IMG/VR virus record: IMGVR_UViG_3300032213_001988
Location: 32,001-96,000 of that record
Reading direction: 5' to 3' (one strand)
From: a virus
DNA: 64,000 nucleotides
In this document: positions 19,046 through 28,846 of the stretch, piece by piece
How positions within the stretch are numbered: the first letter of the stretch is position 1
Layout: every line of letters begins with the position of its first letter
The notes under the pieces: model-generated
Databases searched by the model: none
What the model was told of the DNA's origin: nothing
The model's input: only the letters and a program-made list of their open reading frames with translations
Made by a program: the position numbers and the translations under genes

Positions 19046-20628
19046 TACTTTTTGTCCTTTCGTATGTTATTTATGTCCTCAAGGTGATCTACCCTGAGAG
19101 AAAGTTCTTGAATTGACTTAATAACAGGGGAGATAAGCTGGTAGTAGTCAATTCTTCTTACAGGGCTTGGTGCAAGTCCAGGTTCAGGCGCAAGCTCGCT
19201 TTCATCACGGAAGACAAGACCATAGTTCTCAATACCTTCGCTTGACATGAGTTTTTCAACGTCCTGCGCAATAAGACCGTACTGCACAGAGTCAGCTTGC
19301 TCATTCCACGCGAACGAAACAGGAGTAAGCTTATTGATGAAGTTTAGACCAAGCCCAACTGGAGAAACCTTTTGCTTTAGGCGTAAGTCAGACTTTGCAC
19401 CGGGAGCGCCTGCAGGACCAGGAGCACCTTTAGGGCCAGGAGGGCCAGGAGGGCCAATAGGACCAGTAGGTCCTGCAATGAAAGGTCCACGAAAAATTGT
19501 TCCGCTGCTATTGATATATGCAAGACCAGTGCCAGAGCCTTTAAGGCCAGAGGCAAAATACGAGCCAGTGATGTCCATATTTCCGGCTACAAAAACATTA
19601 CCAACGGTTGAAATTGTGTAGCCAGACACAATTGATCCAGAGACAAGAAGCCCACCAGTTAACTGAGCCTTACCCGACATTTGAAGCCCACCGAACAACG
19701 AGTTAACGCCTAAGAAGCCCATGCCAAGAAAGTTAGTTCCAGAATGCTGTAGAATAGCTCCAGTAGATCCAAGAAATATCCTAGGAACACCATTATTGAC
19801 AGCACCAAGATTCATTCCCGTGCCAAACGTAGGGTCACCATCACTAGCAGATAGAGATCCTAACGGTGTTCCGCTATTTCCATAAATTGTTAAGGTACGA
19901 TTGCCACCATCAAGCTCTACTCTAGCTTTCTCTCCAAGCAAGGGATCTCTTGTTCTCACTGTTCTACCTGTAAGTGTTCCAGCAGTAATGTTAGTTGCGT
20001 TGATGTTCTCAACGATAATATCTGTTGCGTTTATTGTGCCAGTCGAACCGTCAAAGGTTAGTGTATTCACTCCGGCAGAGTTTATTGCACGCAAACCTTG
20101 TGCGGTAAGTTCAATGCGCGAAACATCGTTTACGTTATCCTTAAGCTCAATCTTCTTGCCTTGAATCAGCGACGCGGTAATTGCGTTGGCTGAGATCTTG
20201 TCTGCAACAATGGCGTTAGCAGAGATCTCATCCGCGGTAATTGCGTTGGCTTGAATCTCGCGCGCGGTAATGGCATCAGCGCTAATCTTGCCTGCAATAA
20301 TGGCGTTGGCGTTAATTACACGTGCGTCAATCGCGTCAGTGGTGATGTTACGGTTTGTGACCGCGTTGTTGTTCAGCTCAGAGTTGGTAACCGCGTTCGC
20401 GTCAATGGTACGAGTAGAGATCTCATTGGTTCCAATTGAGTTTTCTACAACCGCAAGATTTTTTATCGTCTCCGTGACAACTGCTGCACGTGGAAGCTTC
20501 TCTGTTGTAACAACCTGTGCCTGTAGACGTTTTGCAGCAGGGCGTTTTTCAATGTAGCGTAGACGCGAGTCAATGTTAGTTGTCATGTTACCTACAGACT
20601 TACGAGATCTAAAGCGACGACTAGCCAC
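19045..20628 (-). CDS. Tail fibre with short collagen segment and intramolecular chaperone (peptidase S74-like)
   Basis: 10-aa repeats AITADEISAN/AIVADKISAN; GPTGPIGPPGPP; SDLRLK..GLIAQDVE..IDY.QL. Confidence 0.85.
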   Translation of the reverse strand: MASRRFRSRKSVGNMTTNIDSRLRYIEKRPAAKRLQAQVVTTEKLPRAAVVTETIKNLAVVENSIGTNEISTRTIDANAVTNSELNNNAVTNRNITTDAIDARVINANAIIAGKISADAITAREIQANAITADEISANAIVADKISANAITASLIQGKKIELKDNVNDVSRIELTAQGLRAINSAGVNTLTFDGSTGTINATDIIVENINATNITAGTLTGRTVRTRDPLLGEKARVELDGGNRTLTIYGNSGTPLGSLSASDGDPTFGTGMNLGAVNNGVPRIFLGSTGAILQHSGTNFLGMGFLGVNSLFGGLQMSGKAQLTGGLLVSGSIVSGYTISTVGNVFVAGNMDITGSYFASGLKGSGTGLAYINSSGTIFRGPFIAGPTGPIGPPGPPGPKGAPGPAGAPGAKSDLRLKQKVSPVGLGLNFINKLTPVSFAWNEQADSVQYGLIAQDVEKLMSSEGIENYGLVFRDESELAPEPGLAPSPVRRIDYYQLISPVIKSIQELSLRVDHLEDINNIRKDKK

Positions 20629-22642
20629 GCTTATCTACCTCCCACTCTGCAATTAGTTTTAACGATACCTTTTCAGGAAACGTTGGGCTGTTTCCGACTG
20701 AAACCGTGTACGAGTCAATCTTACGCACAATAACGGTGTCACGTGGCTCAAGATCTGACGCAAGACGCATCTTAACAAACTCGTCATCAATTACGAGCGA
20801 GCACCAGTCACCTGGTGCATACGTCCCAACTACGGGATTAAGTGAACCGTTAACACCTACCGTGATGTCGGCAAGTGGCGGACGAAACTCACTAAGATAG
20901 CGTGAAGCTGTCTCGTAAAGAGCAACCTCATCTACTTCATCGTTCTCTGAGACGTCGTCCTCAAGAATAGGCCAGCCATCAAGTAGTAGTTCTAACGAGG
21001 CAGCAGCGGAGTATGGCTGACTTGCACCTTCACCAAGATCACCGATGTTGCCAACCGCCCACATGCGCGTTACCGCGTCATCTGACTTTTCATCAAGAGA
21101 AAAATCACTTATCTGTCCAGGGTACTCAAATACAAGTTCATCTGCGCCAAAGCGACTTATTGGAGATACCTCGCCTGGTGCTGGAGGATTAGGATAGTTT
21201 ATTGGAAGTAGAACAAACTCTCGCTTAAACGACGCCGTGTTTGGGTCATAGAAGCAGTCGATGCGATACTCAAAGCCGTCTGTTCGTTCAACAGGAGAAG
21301 CTGATCTTCTCTTTGAGCTCGAAAGACGATCTGAATACTTATCAAGCTCCTCGCCAACGTTTCTTAACTCAAAGCCGCGATAATTTTCTGGCTCAAGATC
21401 AATTCCGGAGTATTCGTCTGTGGAGTAGTCAAGTCCTCCAATGTCAGAGTTGGCGGTGTATGGTCCGTATGTTCCAACAAGAACATATGGAGTTACAACC
21501 GCGGTAGCACCTGCTGCAACAGCTGATGGCGCGATGTTGACAAGACCAGAGGTAAGATAGCTAAACGTGTTTGCAGTCGTTGAAAGAATAATGTACTCTC
21601 CGTTAAGAATCTCTGAGAACGAGTTGCCTTGATCAACGCCAGATATAACTACTCTTTGTCCAACTGAGAACCCATGACTCCCAGAGGTAGTAAGCGTTGC
21701 AACGTAGTCAACTAGCTGCTTGTTTGTAACTGTTCTTGTGTTAACAGACACTGCAGTAGGTGGAACCGTTCCACTTTTTGCGTAGGTTAGTGTTGTTGCT
21801 GTTGGAGTGCTTGCAACGATGTATTGCCCGTTAAACGTCTGGTCAACGTTTCTTATAAGAACAACCTGCCCTGGACTAAGCCCATGAGCAGTAGAGGTAG
21901 TTATAGTTGCAAAACCACTTGCTATTTGCTTATTTGTTATTAAAACTCTCTCTGCTAAACCAGGCTCAATTTCATCGTTGGCAAACTCTAGGTTTGTAAA
22001 ATCAGCTAACATGGAGTCGATAAGACTCTTAACCCAATCATACGTATCGGTGTTTACAAGAACAGTAACTAGAGGATAGGTTCCGTTTGCAACTCCTACA
22101 GCGTCAATAGAGAACGTGGTGCTAGTCGGAGCTGGGCTACTTCTTACAGTGTAGAACCCGTCAAATGGAAAATGTTGTACCTCACGAAACGACATCTTTA
22201 CAGATGATCCTGCTGCTATCTCATATGTGTAACCTGGATCTAATGTAACTGCACCGATGCCGCCAGACACAACTATCGTGGCTCCAAGATCATGTGACCA
22301 CGTCTTCCACACACGGCGACGAAATAGGTAGCTTGTCCACTCTGACGCATTGATGTCAAGCGTGCGGCTAATAAGGTTGTAGTTGCGAGACCAGATAACT
22401 CCTCCCCACACACATACTCCGTCTCTAGTTACATATAGCGCAGTTTTTCCTGGCATTGTCGAGTCGTAAAGATTAAATGACGCTGTCTTGTCAATAACAG
22501 GGATGTTGCCGCTAAAGCTCCCTGCGCCTTTTAGCGCACGTCCATAGCTTACACCTTGAAATGGAATCTCCGCTAGTAGCGTGTTACTTACAATGTCGGT
22601 AACAAAGTACCGATACGTTGCAGCCTCTGTATTAAAACCCAT
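20621..22642 (-). CDS. Minor tail/baseplate hub protein with inserted beta-rich modules
   Basis: Follows Dit; CVWGGVIWSR; two TT..HG..GQ.V.I..VD...NG.Y modules. Confidence 0.75.
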   Translation of the reverse strand: MGFNTEAATYRYFVTDIVSNTLLAEIPFQGVSYGRALKGAGSFSGNIPVIDKTASFNLYDSTMPGKTALYVTRDGVCVWGGVIWSRNYNLISRTLDINASEWTSYLFRRRVWKTWSHDLGATIVVSGGIGAVTLDPGYTYEIAAGSSVKMSFREVQHFPFDGFYTVRSSPAPTSTTFSIDAVGVANGTYPLVTVLVNTDTYDWVKSLIDSMLADFTNLEFANDEIEPGLAERVLITNKQIASGFATITTSTAHGLSPGQVVLIRNVDQTFNGQYIVASTPTATTLTYAKSGTVPPTAVSVNTRTVTNKQLVDYVATLTTSGSHGFSVGQRVVISGVDQGNSFSEILNGEYIILSTTANTFSYLTSGLVNIAPSAVAAGATAVVTPYVLVGTYGPYTANSDIGGLDYSTDEYSGIDLEPENYRGFELRNVGEELDKYSDRLSSSKRRSASPVERTDGFEYRIDCFYDPNTASFKREFVLLPINYPNPPAPGEVSPISRFGADELVFEYPGQISDFSLDEKSDDAVTRMWAVGNIGDLGEGASQPYSAAASLELLLDGWPILEDDVSENDEVDEVALYETASRYLSEFRPPLADITVGVNGSLNPVVGTYAPGDWCSLVIDDEFVKMRLASDLEPRDTVIVRKIDSYTVSVGNSPTFPEKVSLKLIAEWEVDKRG

Positions 22643-22684
22643 GTCGCGTTAGCCTATGTCTCTCGTCGTTGTTATCATTGTAAA

Positions 22685-23632
22685 CTATCCAATCCACCCA
22701 GAGCGGTAGTAAACACGCAAGGTTGCATTACTTGCAGCGTTGCCTTCATCAATTACAGTGATTGTGTTTTGTCCTGGAGAAAGTCGTATCCAGTCAACAA
22801 GCGTGTCAATCATCGAGCGTGTGCCTTCAATTGAGCCGTCAAGTGCAACCTCTCGGTCCTGGGTGTCAATCTCTAGAAACTGTCCGTTTGGCACAGGATC
22901 AATAACAAGAATCAACTCGTCACGAGTCGAGTTTGTGATAGTTAGAGGGCCTGTTACTCCTCCAGAAAGTTCAAGGATAACGTAGACCTCGTAGTTACCG
23001 ATGTTTGTAACAACACCTGTTCCAGTTTTTCCTGCGCCAGTGTTACGCACAGGAATTTCAACAACAGAGTATCCTTCTGGGTCAGAGTCGTCCCACTCAT
23101 ACTTAATTGGATCTGCTGCTCTTAGCGTTATAGAAAACTCAGTTCTTCCACGAGCGTTAACTGTCTCAATGTCAGGTTGACCACTTAGACGCACGAACGA
23201 AGCGCGTGGTGGATCCTCAAATGTTCTAAACCAGGCGCCTCGATAGACAAGGTTTGTATCGCGAATAAGTTTATCTCGTGCCGCAGCAACGTATGATGGG
23301 CTTGGCGGAAGAAACACTCCTTCAAGAGTAAAGGTGCGAGACTGCCAACGCCCGTTGATGTCATAGGATCCGTCAGCAAAACCGCGCTGTATGTTCGGCA
23401 TGTCAAGGTCAGGGTGACCCCACCAACCTTTAATGCTGGTGCATACCCAGATCACGTTGTTCTCGTCAATTGCGTTAAGAATAAGATCTCCAAGAATGAT
23501 GTCAGAGTTTAACTTCATTCCAGAGATGTAAGGCTCTGGCAAAGGAGTTAGCGCACGCTTGACTACCTTGTTTTCACGGTATTGCTCTATCGCACTAGGC
23601 GCTACGTCAATGTATTCTTTTTCCTCTGACAC
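22685..23632 (-). CDS. Distal tail (Dit) protein
   Basis: Directly after TMP; GWWG.P..RTFTLEG..LRAADP.KY..WIRLSPGQN..YYRSGW. Confidence 0.8.
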   Translation of the reverse strand: MSEEKEYIDVAPSAIEQYRENKVVKRALTPLPEPYISGMKLNSDIILGDLILNAIDENNVIWVCTSIKGWWGHPDLDMPNIQRGFADGSYDINGRWQSRTFTLEGVFLPPSPSYVAAARDKLIRDTNLVYRGAWFRTFEDPPRASFVRLSGQPDIETVNARGRTEFSITLRAADPIKYEWDDSDPEGYSVVEIPVRNTGAGKTGTGVVTNIGNYEVYVILELSGGVTGPLTITNSTRDELILVIDPVPNGQFLEIDTQDREVALDGSIEGTRSMIDTLVDWIRLSPGQNTITVIDEGNAASNATLRVYYRSGWIG

Positions 23633-26600
23633 TATGCAGCTCCTTTACGCATTGCAAATGCAATCTTGCGAGATACGATCTCTGCAAGCTCTGACTCATT
23701 CATACCCTGTGAAGGATACACGTTTATTGTAGTTCCACCACCAGCACCGCCGGAAAGCATCTGAATCATCGCCTTGTCACGCTTTGATAGACCGTCTGGG
23801 TCAAGAGGCTCAACACGCTCTGCACGACCAGCCTCACCAATACGTGCAAGCATTCCTCCTGGTGTTGCAGGGACGATTCCACCCATCGCTAGGGCAATAG
23901 GAGGAATCTTTTGAAGTTGATCTATGTCCTTACCGATTTTTACCTTATTTGCTTGTCTAATTGCCCAGTTAATTCCATCTATGACGTTGTTAAGTCTGTC
24001 AATGATAAAGTTTACAACTCCCGAAAGCCCAGATTTTAATCCGTCCCACAGTCCAGTTGCAAGGCTGGTTATCTTTGTTTTAATTCCAGTAATGAACGGA
24101 TAGATTGTGTTTGTAAAGAAGCCAGATACCTTGTCCCAAGCTGCAGAAATTCCACCAGAGATAAAGTCCCAGATGGCACCAGCTCTAGTTTTTACGGCGT
24201 TAACAATACCAGAAACAAAAGGGTAGATAGTTGTATCCCAGAAACCCTTTACAGTGGTCCATACTGCCATGATTTTGTCATAGATCCAATTCCAGATCAT
24301 TGCGCCAAATGCTGCAACCTTTGCAACAATTGCGGTAATGAATGGCAGAATGGTGTCGTTCCACCAGCCTGAAACAGTCCCCCACACCTCAACAATCTTG
24401 TCATACAGGAAGTTCCAGACGATAAGACCAATTCCGATGATGATCTCAACGATGGCCTTCCAAAAACCATATATAGCTTTAAAGTAGTCTTCTACTAAGC
24501 CCCACACAAACTTAAGCGCATCAATAAAGAAGTCCCAGATCTTAGCTCCAACTTCAGCTATTTTTCCAAAGATATCCTTTATAAACTCCCAGGCAGCGCC
24601 AATTGCATCCTTAACTGCAGCCCATACCTTATCAACGAGCTCTCGGAACGCCTCGTTCTTTTTGTAGAGAGTAACAAATATAGCAACAAGAGCAACGATG
24701 GCTAAGACTACGAGGGCAAAAGGGTTGTTAATCAGCGCTGTTGAGAGAAGTTTGAACACGGCTGTAAAGACCTTAACTGCAGTGCTAACAACACCAAATA
24801 TAGTTGCAAGGGCGTTAAACGCAAGAATAAGAACATACAGAATAAAGTTTCCTACAGCTATAAGAATAATCTTAATTAGGCCAAATGCAAGTAGGAAGCC
24901 TGTGATCGGGCCAAGTACCTTTGCTATAGCTTGAACAACATCGTTCTCAAGAATCTTTCTTACGACAGTCGCAGCGACGTTTAGGGTGTCAAAGAAGGTC
25001 TTCATCTGTCCGGAGTCGGTGAGCAGATCAATGATCTTAATTACATTTACAGTAAGCTCTGCAAGCGCAGGTCCAGCCGCGTTTGACTTTGTAAGAATGT
25101 TTCCAAAAGCGTCAGCGCCGCCCTTTAGAATATCAAACGCCTTGCCAACGTTTGGATCAGCACCAGCTTTTAGGATCTCCTTAAAAAACGCGCCGACAGC
25201 CTCGAGAGCAGATGCAGCGTTCTTTGAAGAGTTAAGGAAGAACTCCTTGAGTTCCTTTTGTCCTTCTACTGTTTTTCCAAATTCCTTGAATCCCTTTAAT
25301 GAACCTTCTAACCAGTCAAGTAGGAACTGTCCGCCGGTACCTGGACCGACGTTTGCCTTGATGACAACTCCGAGAGCACCAAATGCTTCCTTAAATACTT
25401 GACCAATTTCAGCAGCAACGTCTCCTGCCGTATTGAAGAACTCTTCGAGCTTTCTCTTGCCTTCCTCGGTGTTGAAGTAGGTGTCCCACTTCTTTCCTTG
25501 CGCATCTAGGAACTTAAGGAACCGCTCGGTGACAGGCTGAGCCGCGTTTAGAACAGATAAAGCTATTCCCCAGGCTGACCCAATAATAGAACCCAAAGTA
25601 CGAATGTTTGTTGCAGCATCCTCAAACAGCTTAGCTAACTTGTCAAGGTTCTCTGATTTTGCGATTGCGTTTGCTATTTCAATTGCAGCGTCACCTAAGG
25701 CAGAACCGACTCCTGCAAGGCCAGTCTTAAACACCTCAAAGGCTTTGCCGTCTGTTAGGATCTTAATTGCTTCTTCTAGCTTAGGAAGAAATTCCTTTGC
25801 GATGGCTTCCTTTAGCTCTTTAATCTTTCCTTGCAGCGAGACAATAAACTCTGCAAAATCCCTTTGCGAAGGTGTAAGACCAGCAAAAGGATCATCTCCT
25901 CCACCTTCTTGTGCCTTCTTTAGATCGCGCTCTGCTCGCTCAATCTCTCGTTTTGCGTCTGCTTCCTTGCGCGCGCCTTCGATAATCTTTTTATTCTTCG
26001 CGTCCTCTGCGTCAAGAACCTTTTGATTAGCATCTGCAAGACGTTGAGACGCCTCAATAACGGCTTCAACTCCTTCAGGTCCAGTCTTTGCAAGACGATC
26101 TTGCTCCTTGGCAAGATCACCGTTGCGGTCCTTTGCCTTGCGTAGGTTTAACTCTGCCTCTGCGTAGGCAAGCTCTGCTTCCTTGCGAGCACGAGAGTTA
26201 GGTGGAAGATCTTGAGCACGCTGTAGAGTCTCGCGAGCCTTCTCAAGCTCAAGGGCTGCCTTCTTCTCGGCAAGTGCCGCGTCCTCCGCGTCAAAGCCAA
26301 GTTGCTGGATTGTTTCATTTGCTTTTTCAAGTGCCAGGTTGTACTCGCGCTGGGCTTCCTCGGCGTCCTTTGTTGACTCTGCTATTTCTTTATTAGCCGC
26401 AAGGATTGCTTCCTTGTTGCTTTCAACAACCTCACCAAAACGGCGATAGGCATCATCAACTCTATCTTGAGCAGCAGTAGTGTCCTTTGCTCCTTTTTTC
26501 TGAGCATTAAGATACTTTGATACAGCTTGTCCCACTCCGCCTAATGCTAGTTTAGCAGCTATTGCTCCTATACCTACAGAGACAAAAGCCGAGCCAAGCG

Positions 26601-26955
26601 CCACAACAGAAGGTATTGCTGCCGCAAAAGATGCGCCTAGTGAGACTGCAGCGGTGATAATAGAGCCTAGCCCACTGACAAGCACAGACAAGGTAGTCTG
26701 GAGAGTCATTCCAGCTCTTTGTAGAGTAGCAAATGCCTTTCCGACAGCTAGCGCTTTTCCTATTTGGTCGTTATCAAATATCTTAGCGCCATCTGGACCA
26801 AACGCCTTTCCAAAGGCTCCGCCAAATGTTTTTCCAGCACGTGCACCCGCACTACCGGCAAGTCCGCCAACTCTGTCAAGATCTTTCTTAACAGCTCCAG
26901 CAAAACCGGTAGTGATTGGTCGAATAATTATCGACGCCTCGCCAACTACTGCCAC
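23632..26955 (-). CDS. Tape measure protein
   Basis: 1107 aa, coiled-coil and W/F-periodic repeats, C-terminal ALAMGGIV..GEAGRAE. Confidence 0.9.
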   Translation of the reverse strand: MAVVGEASIIIRPITTGFAGAVKKDLDRVGGLAGSAGARAGKTFGGAFGKAFGPDGAKIFDNDQIGKALAVGKAFATLQRAGMTLQTTLSVLVSGLGSIITAAVSLGASFAAAIPSVVALGSAFVSVGIGAIAAKLALGGVGQAVSKYLNAQKKGAKDTTAAQDRVDDAYRRFGEVVESNKEAILAANKEIAESTKDAEEAQREYNLALEKANETIQQLGFDAEDAALAEKKAALELEKARETLQRAQDLPPNSRARKEAELAYAEAELNLRKAKDRNGDLAKEQDRLAKTGPEGVEAVIEASQRLADANQKVLDAEDAKNKKIIEGARKEADAKREIERAERDLKKAQEGGGDDPFAGLTPSQRDFAEFIVSLQGKIKELKEAIAKEFLPKLEEAIKILTDGKAFEVFKTGLAGVGSALGDAAIEIANAIAKSENLDKLAKLFEDAATNIRTLGSIIGSAWGIALSVLNAAQPVTERFLKFLDAQGKKWDTYFNTEEGKRKLEEFFNTAGDVAAEIGQVFKEAFGALGVVIKANVGPGTGGQFLLDWLEGSLKGFKEFGKTVEGQKELKEFFLNSSKNAASALEAVGAFFKEILKAGADPNVGKAFDILKGGADAFGNILTKSNAAGPALAELTVNVIKIIDLLTDSGQMKTFFDTLNVAATVVRKILENDVVQAIAKVLGPITGFLLAFGLIKIILIAVGNFILYVLILAFNALATIFGVVSTAVKVFTAVFKLLSTALINNPFALVVLAIVALVAIFVTLYKKNEAFRELVDKVWAAVKDAIGAAWEFIKDIFGKIAEVGAKIWDFFIDALKFVWGLVEDYFKAIYGFWKAIVEIIIGIGLIVWNFLYDKIVEVWGTVSGWWNDTILPFITAIVAKVAAFGAMIWNWIYDKIMAVWTTVKGFWDTTIYPFVSGIVNAVKTRAGAIWDFISGGISAAWDKVSGFFTNTIYPFITGIKTKITSLATGLWDGLKSGLSGVVNFIIDRLNNVIDGINWAIRQANKVKIGKDIDQLQKIPPIALAMGGIVPATPGGMLARIGEAGRAERVEPLDPDGLSKRDKAMIQMLSGGAGGGTTINVYPSQGMNESELAEIVSRKIAFAMRKGAA

Positions 26956-26985
26956 TCTGTTCTCACCTCCTTCCTTAAGTTCTTA

Positions 26986-27438
26986 CTAGTTATTTTCTAA
27001 TGGTGCGTCCAGCACATTACCAAACGGAAGCGGTGAGTCTGCATCAACTGCTGTTGGTGCAACGTAACGCTTTGGCTTCATTGCTGGGTTGAACGGTTCG
27101 GGCATCTTCTCTTCAGGATCATCAAAATCTTTTATCGTAGACGCGTCAAACGAGTTAGCTGTATTTTTCTTACTATACTTATAGGTAGTGTCATACATGC
27201 TTTCGTAGATTTGAGTACGAACGGCATCACGAGCATCGGCTTGCTCTGCGGTACCATAATTCATATCATCCTCAAGGAAGTAGTGAAGAACGTCTAACAT
27301 GTCTGAAGCAGGCATGCTTGCGAGTTGCAGTCCGTTCACTAATGCTCTTCCATTCACATAGGGCCAGAGGTCAATCCCCCACTCTAGGAGACTTCTGGCC
27401 GCTCCGTAGGGCGGCCTGAGTATTCCTCTACAAGCCAC
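26986..27438 (-). CDS. Tail assembly chaperone, second ORF (probable -1 frameshift extension)
   Basis: -1 frame overlapping end of upstream ORF; weak independent start; precedes TMP. Confidence 0.6.
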   Translation of the reverse strand: MACRGILRPPYGAARSLLEWGIDLWPYVNGRALVNGLQLASMPASDMLDVLHYFLEDDMNYGTAEQADARDAVRTQIYESMYDTTYKYSKKNTANSFDASTIKDFDDPEEKMPEPFNPAMKPKRYVAPTAVDADSPLPFGNVLDAPLENN

Positions 27439-27719
27439 GCCGTGATATTTGCCAGTGTTTCTACCGGCACAATTTTTTCGCTAGCAAGAAGAGTTGAAAA
27501 GCGTGTGTAGCTTTCCTCAAGAAGTACTTGCGCAAAAAACGTGTCAATCATTCCTGCTGCCTTAGATGGGTCATTATCCCCAGAGCTTGCAGCAAGTTGC
27601 AGCATAAGCTTTCCTTGCACTGCTGGAACGCAGTGAAATTCCTCGTTGTGAAGCTTAAAGGACAACGGGCTAGTTTCAACACCTTCACCCGATCCAAAGT
27701 CCTTGAATCTAGTAGTCAT
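27384..27719 (-). CDS. Tail assembly chaperone
   Basis: Position between neck genes and TMP; ends WLVEEYSGRPT. Confidence 0.75.
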   Translation of the reverse strand: MTTRFKDFGSGEGVETSPLSFKLHNEEFHCVPAVQGKLMLQLAASSGDNDPSKAAGMIDTFFAQVLLEESYTRFSTLLASEKIVPVETLANITAWLVEEYSGRPTERPEVS

Positions 27720-27776
27720 GTATTATTTTTCTCTCTTTCCTGTGTCATTGAGACGGTTGTCTCCGTTATTATTTTA

Positions 27777-28169
27777 TCAAACTAGAGCAAGTCCTAGGTT
27801 GTCTTTTAGGTATCTATTCGGCTTAGTTCCTGGGTGTCTAACTATAGGAGTAAACACCATTCCTCCGTTAGTTACAAACCTAAGTTTGCCTCCCCCGCTG
27901 CGCGTAATCGTATGACGGCGTGTGCCTTCATGGTGCATGTATGCGTAGCTAACCGTTGAACCTACGTACCAATAAGGTCCGAAGGTGTCACGGCTTCTCC
28001 TCGAGTGAATTGACTTTTGGAGAAAATTAGTTTGTTTTCCAACCTGCCTGCGCGCTGCAGCTTGAACTGAAAGTGCGCGACGTCGCATGTCGTTGTCAAC
28101 CATTCCACCTGCTCCATTTAGCATGTGGTTGAAATTTGGATAAAACTTTATGTCTACGACGTTTGCCAC
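27777..28169 (-). CDS. HK97 gp10-like tail completion protein
   Basis: LQKSI..VGSTVSYAYMHHEGT..VRHPGTKPNRYLKDNL. Confidence 0.75.
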   Translation of the reverse strand: MANVVDIKFYPNFNHMLNGAGGMVDNDMRRRALSVQAAARRQVGKQTNFLQKSIHSRRSRDTFGPYWYVGSTVSYAYMHHEGTRRHTITRSGGGKLRFVTNGGMVFTPIVRHPGTKPNRYLKDNLGLALV

Positions 28170-28675
28170 TATGGCACCACCACAGAGAGCTGCATGTTGA
28201 CAAGTTGAAAACCACCCTCAACAGTTGGAGCATCAACAGTTGCAATAACTCCAAGCCCTAGGCCAGTCTCATCCCAAGGATCAAATGACTTCATTGACTC
28301 CATAAGTACCCACGCGTCGACAGCAGACAGCGCACTGCCAGCCTCGATCTTTTCAGCTGATGGAGGACGACCGTTTATCCCAACTACAGGCACCTCACGG
28401 GCAATAGAGATAGCTAAAACTGCCGTTCTTGGCATGTGACATCTTTGCGGGCTAGAAGCTTGATCACCTGGAGTCCCAAGATACATTTGAATGAATGAAA
28501 CGACAAGCTGTTCGCAGTCAATGGCAGGATTTCCCATTGTCCAGTAGCAGCGAGCAGGTAGAGGAACACCATATGATGTAAGAACGGATGTAACCTTCTC
28601 GAGGACCTGGTCCATCATGTTTTTAAGACTAAGTGCGTCTGGATCTACACTGGAAACGTCGTATACGGCAGCCAT
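28169..28675 (-). CDS. Tail terminator-like protein
   Basis: Position; DCEQLVV..GG pattern resembling actinophage neck proteins. Confidence 0.6.
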   Translation of the reverse strand: MAAVYDVSSVDPDALSLKNMMDQVLEKVTSVLTSYGVPLPARCYWTMGNPAIDCEQLVVSFIQMYLGTPGDQASSPQRCHMPRTAVLAISIAREVPVVGINGRPPSAEKIEAGSALSAVDAWVLMESMKSFDPWDETGLGLGVIATVDAPTVEGGFQLVNMQLSVVVP

Positions 28676-28685
28676 TTAGATACCC

Positions 28686-28820
28686 TTATTCCGTACCTGT
28701 GGAATTTAGCCTTGGAGAGGACGAAAGTGTCTCTAATCCCTTGTGAGCAGCCTTGCTAGCTGCGTTAGAGCGGTTTAGAGCAGGACTCGAGATCTTAAAC
28801 GTTGTTTTGCTGTCTTGCAT
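28686..28820 (-). CDS. Small ORF missed by track, 44 aa (MQDSKTTFK...)
   Basis: AAAGGAG RBS 8 nt upstream; fills the gap. Confidence 0.55.
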   Translation of the reverse strand: MQDSKTTFKISSPALNRSNAASKAAHKGLETLSSSPRLNSTGTE

Positions 28821-28846
28821 CGTTATTTCTCCTTTATGTCGTTGGT

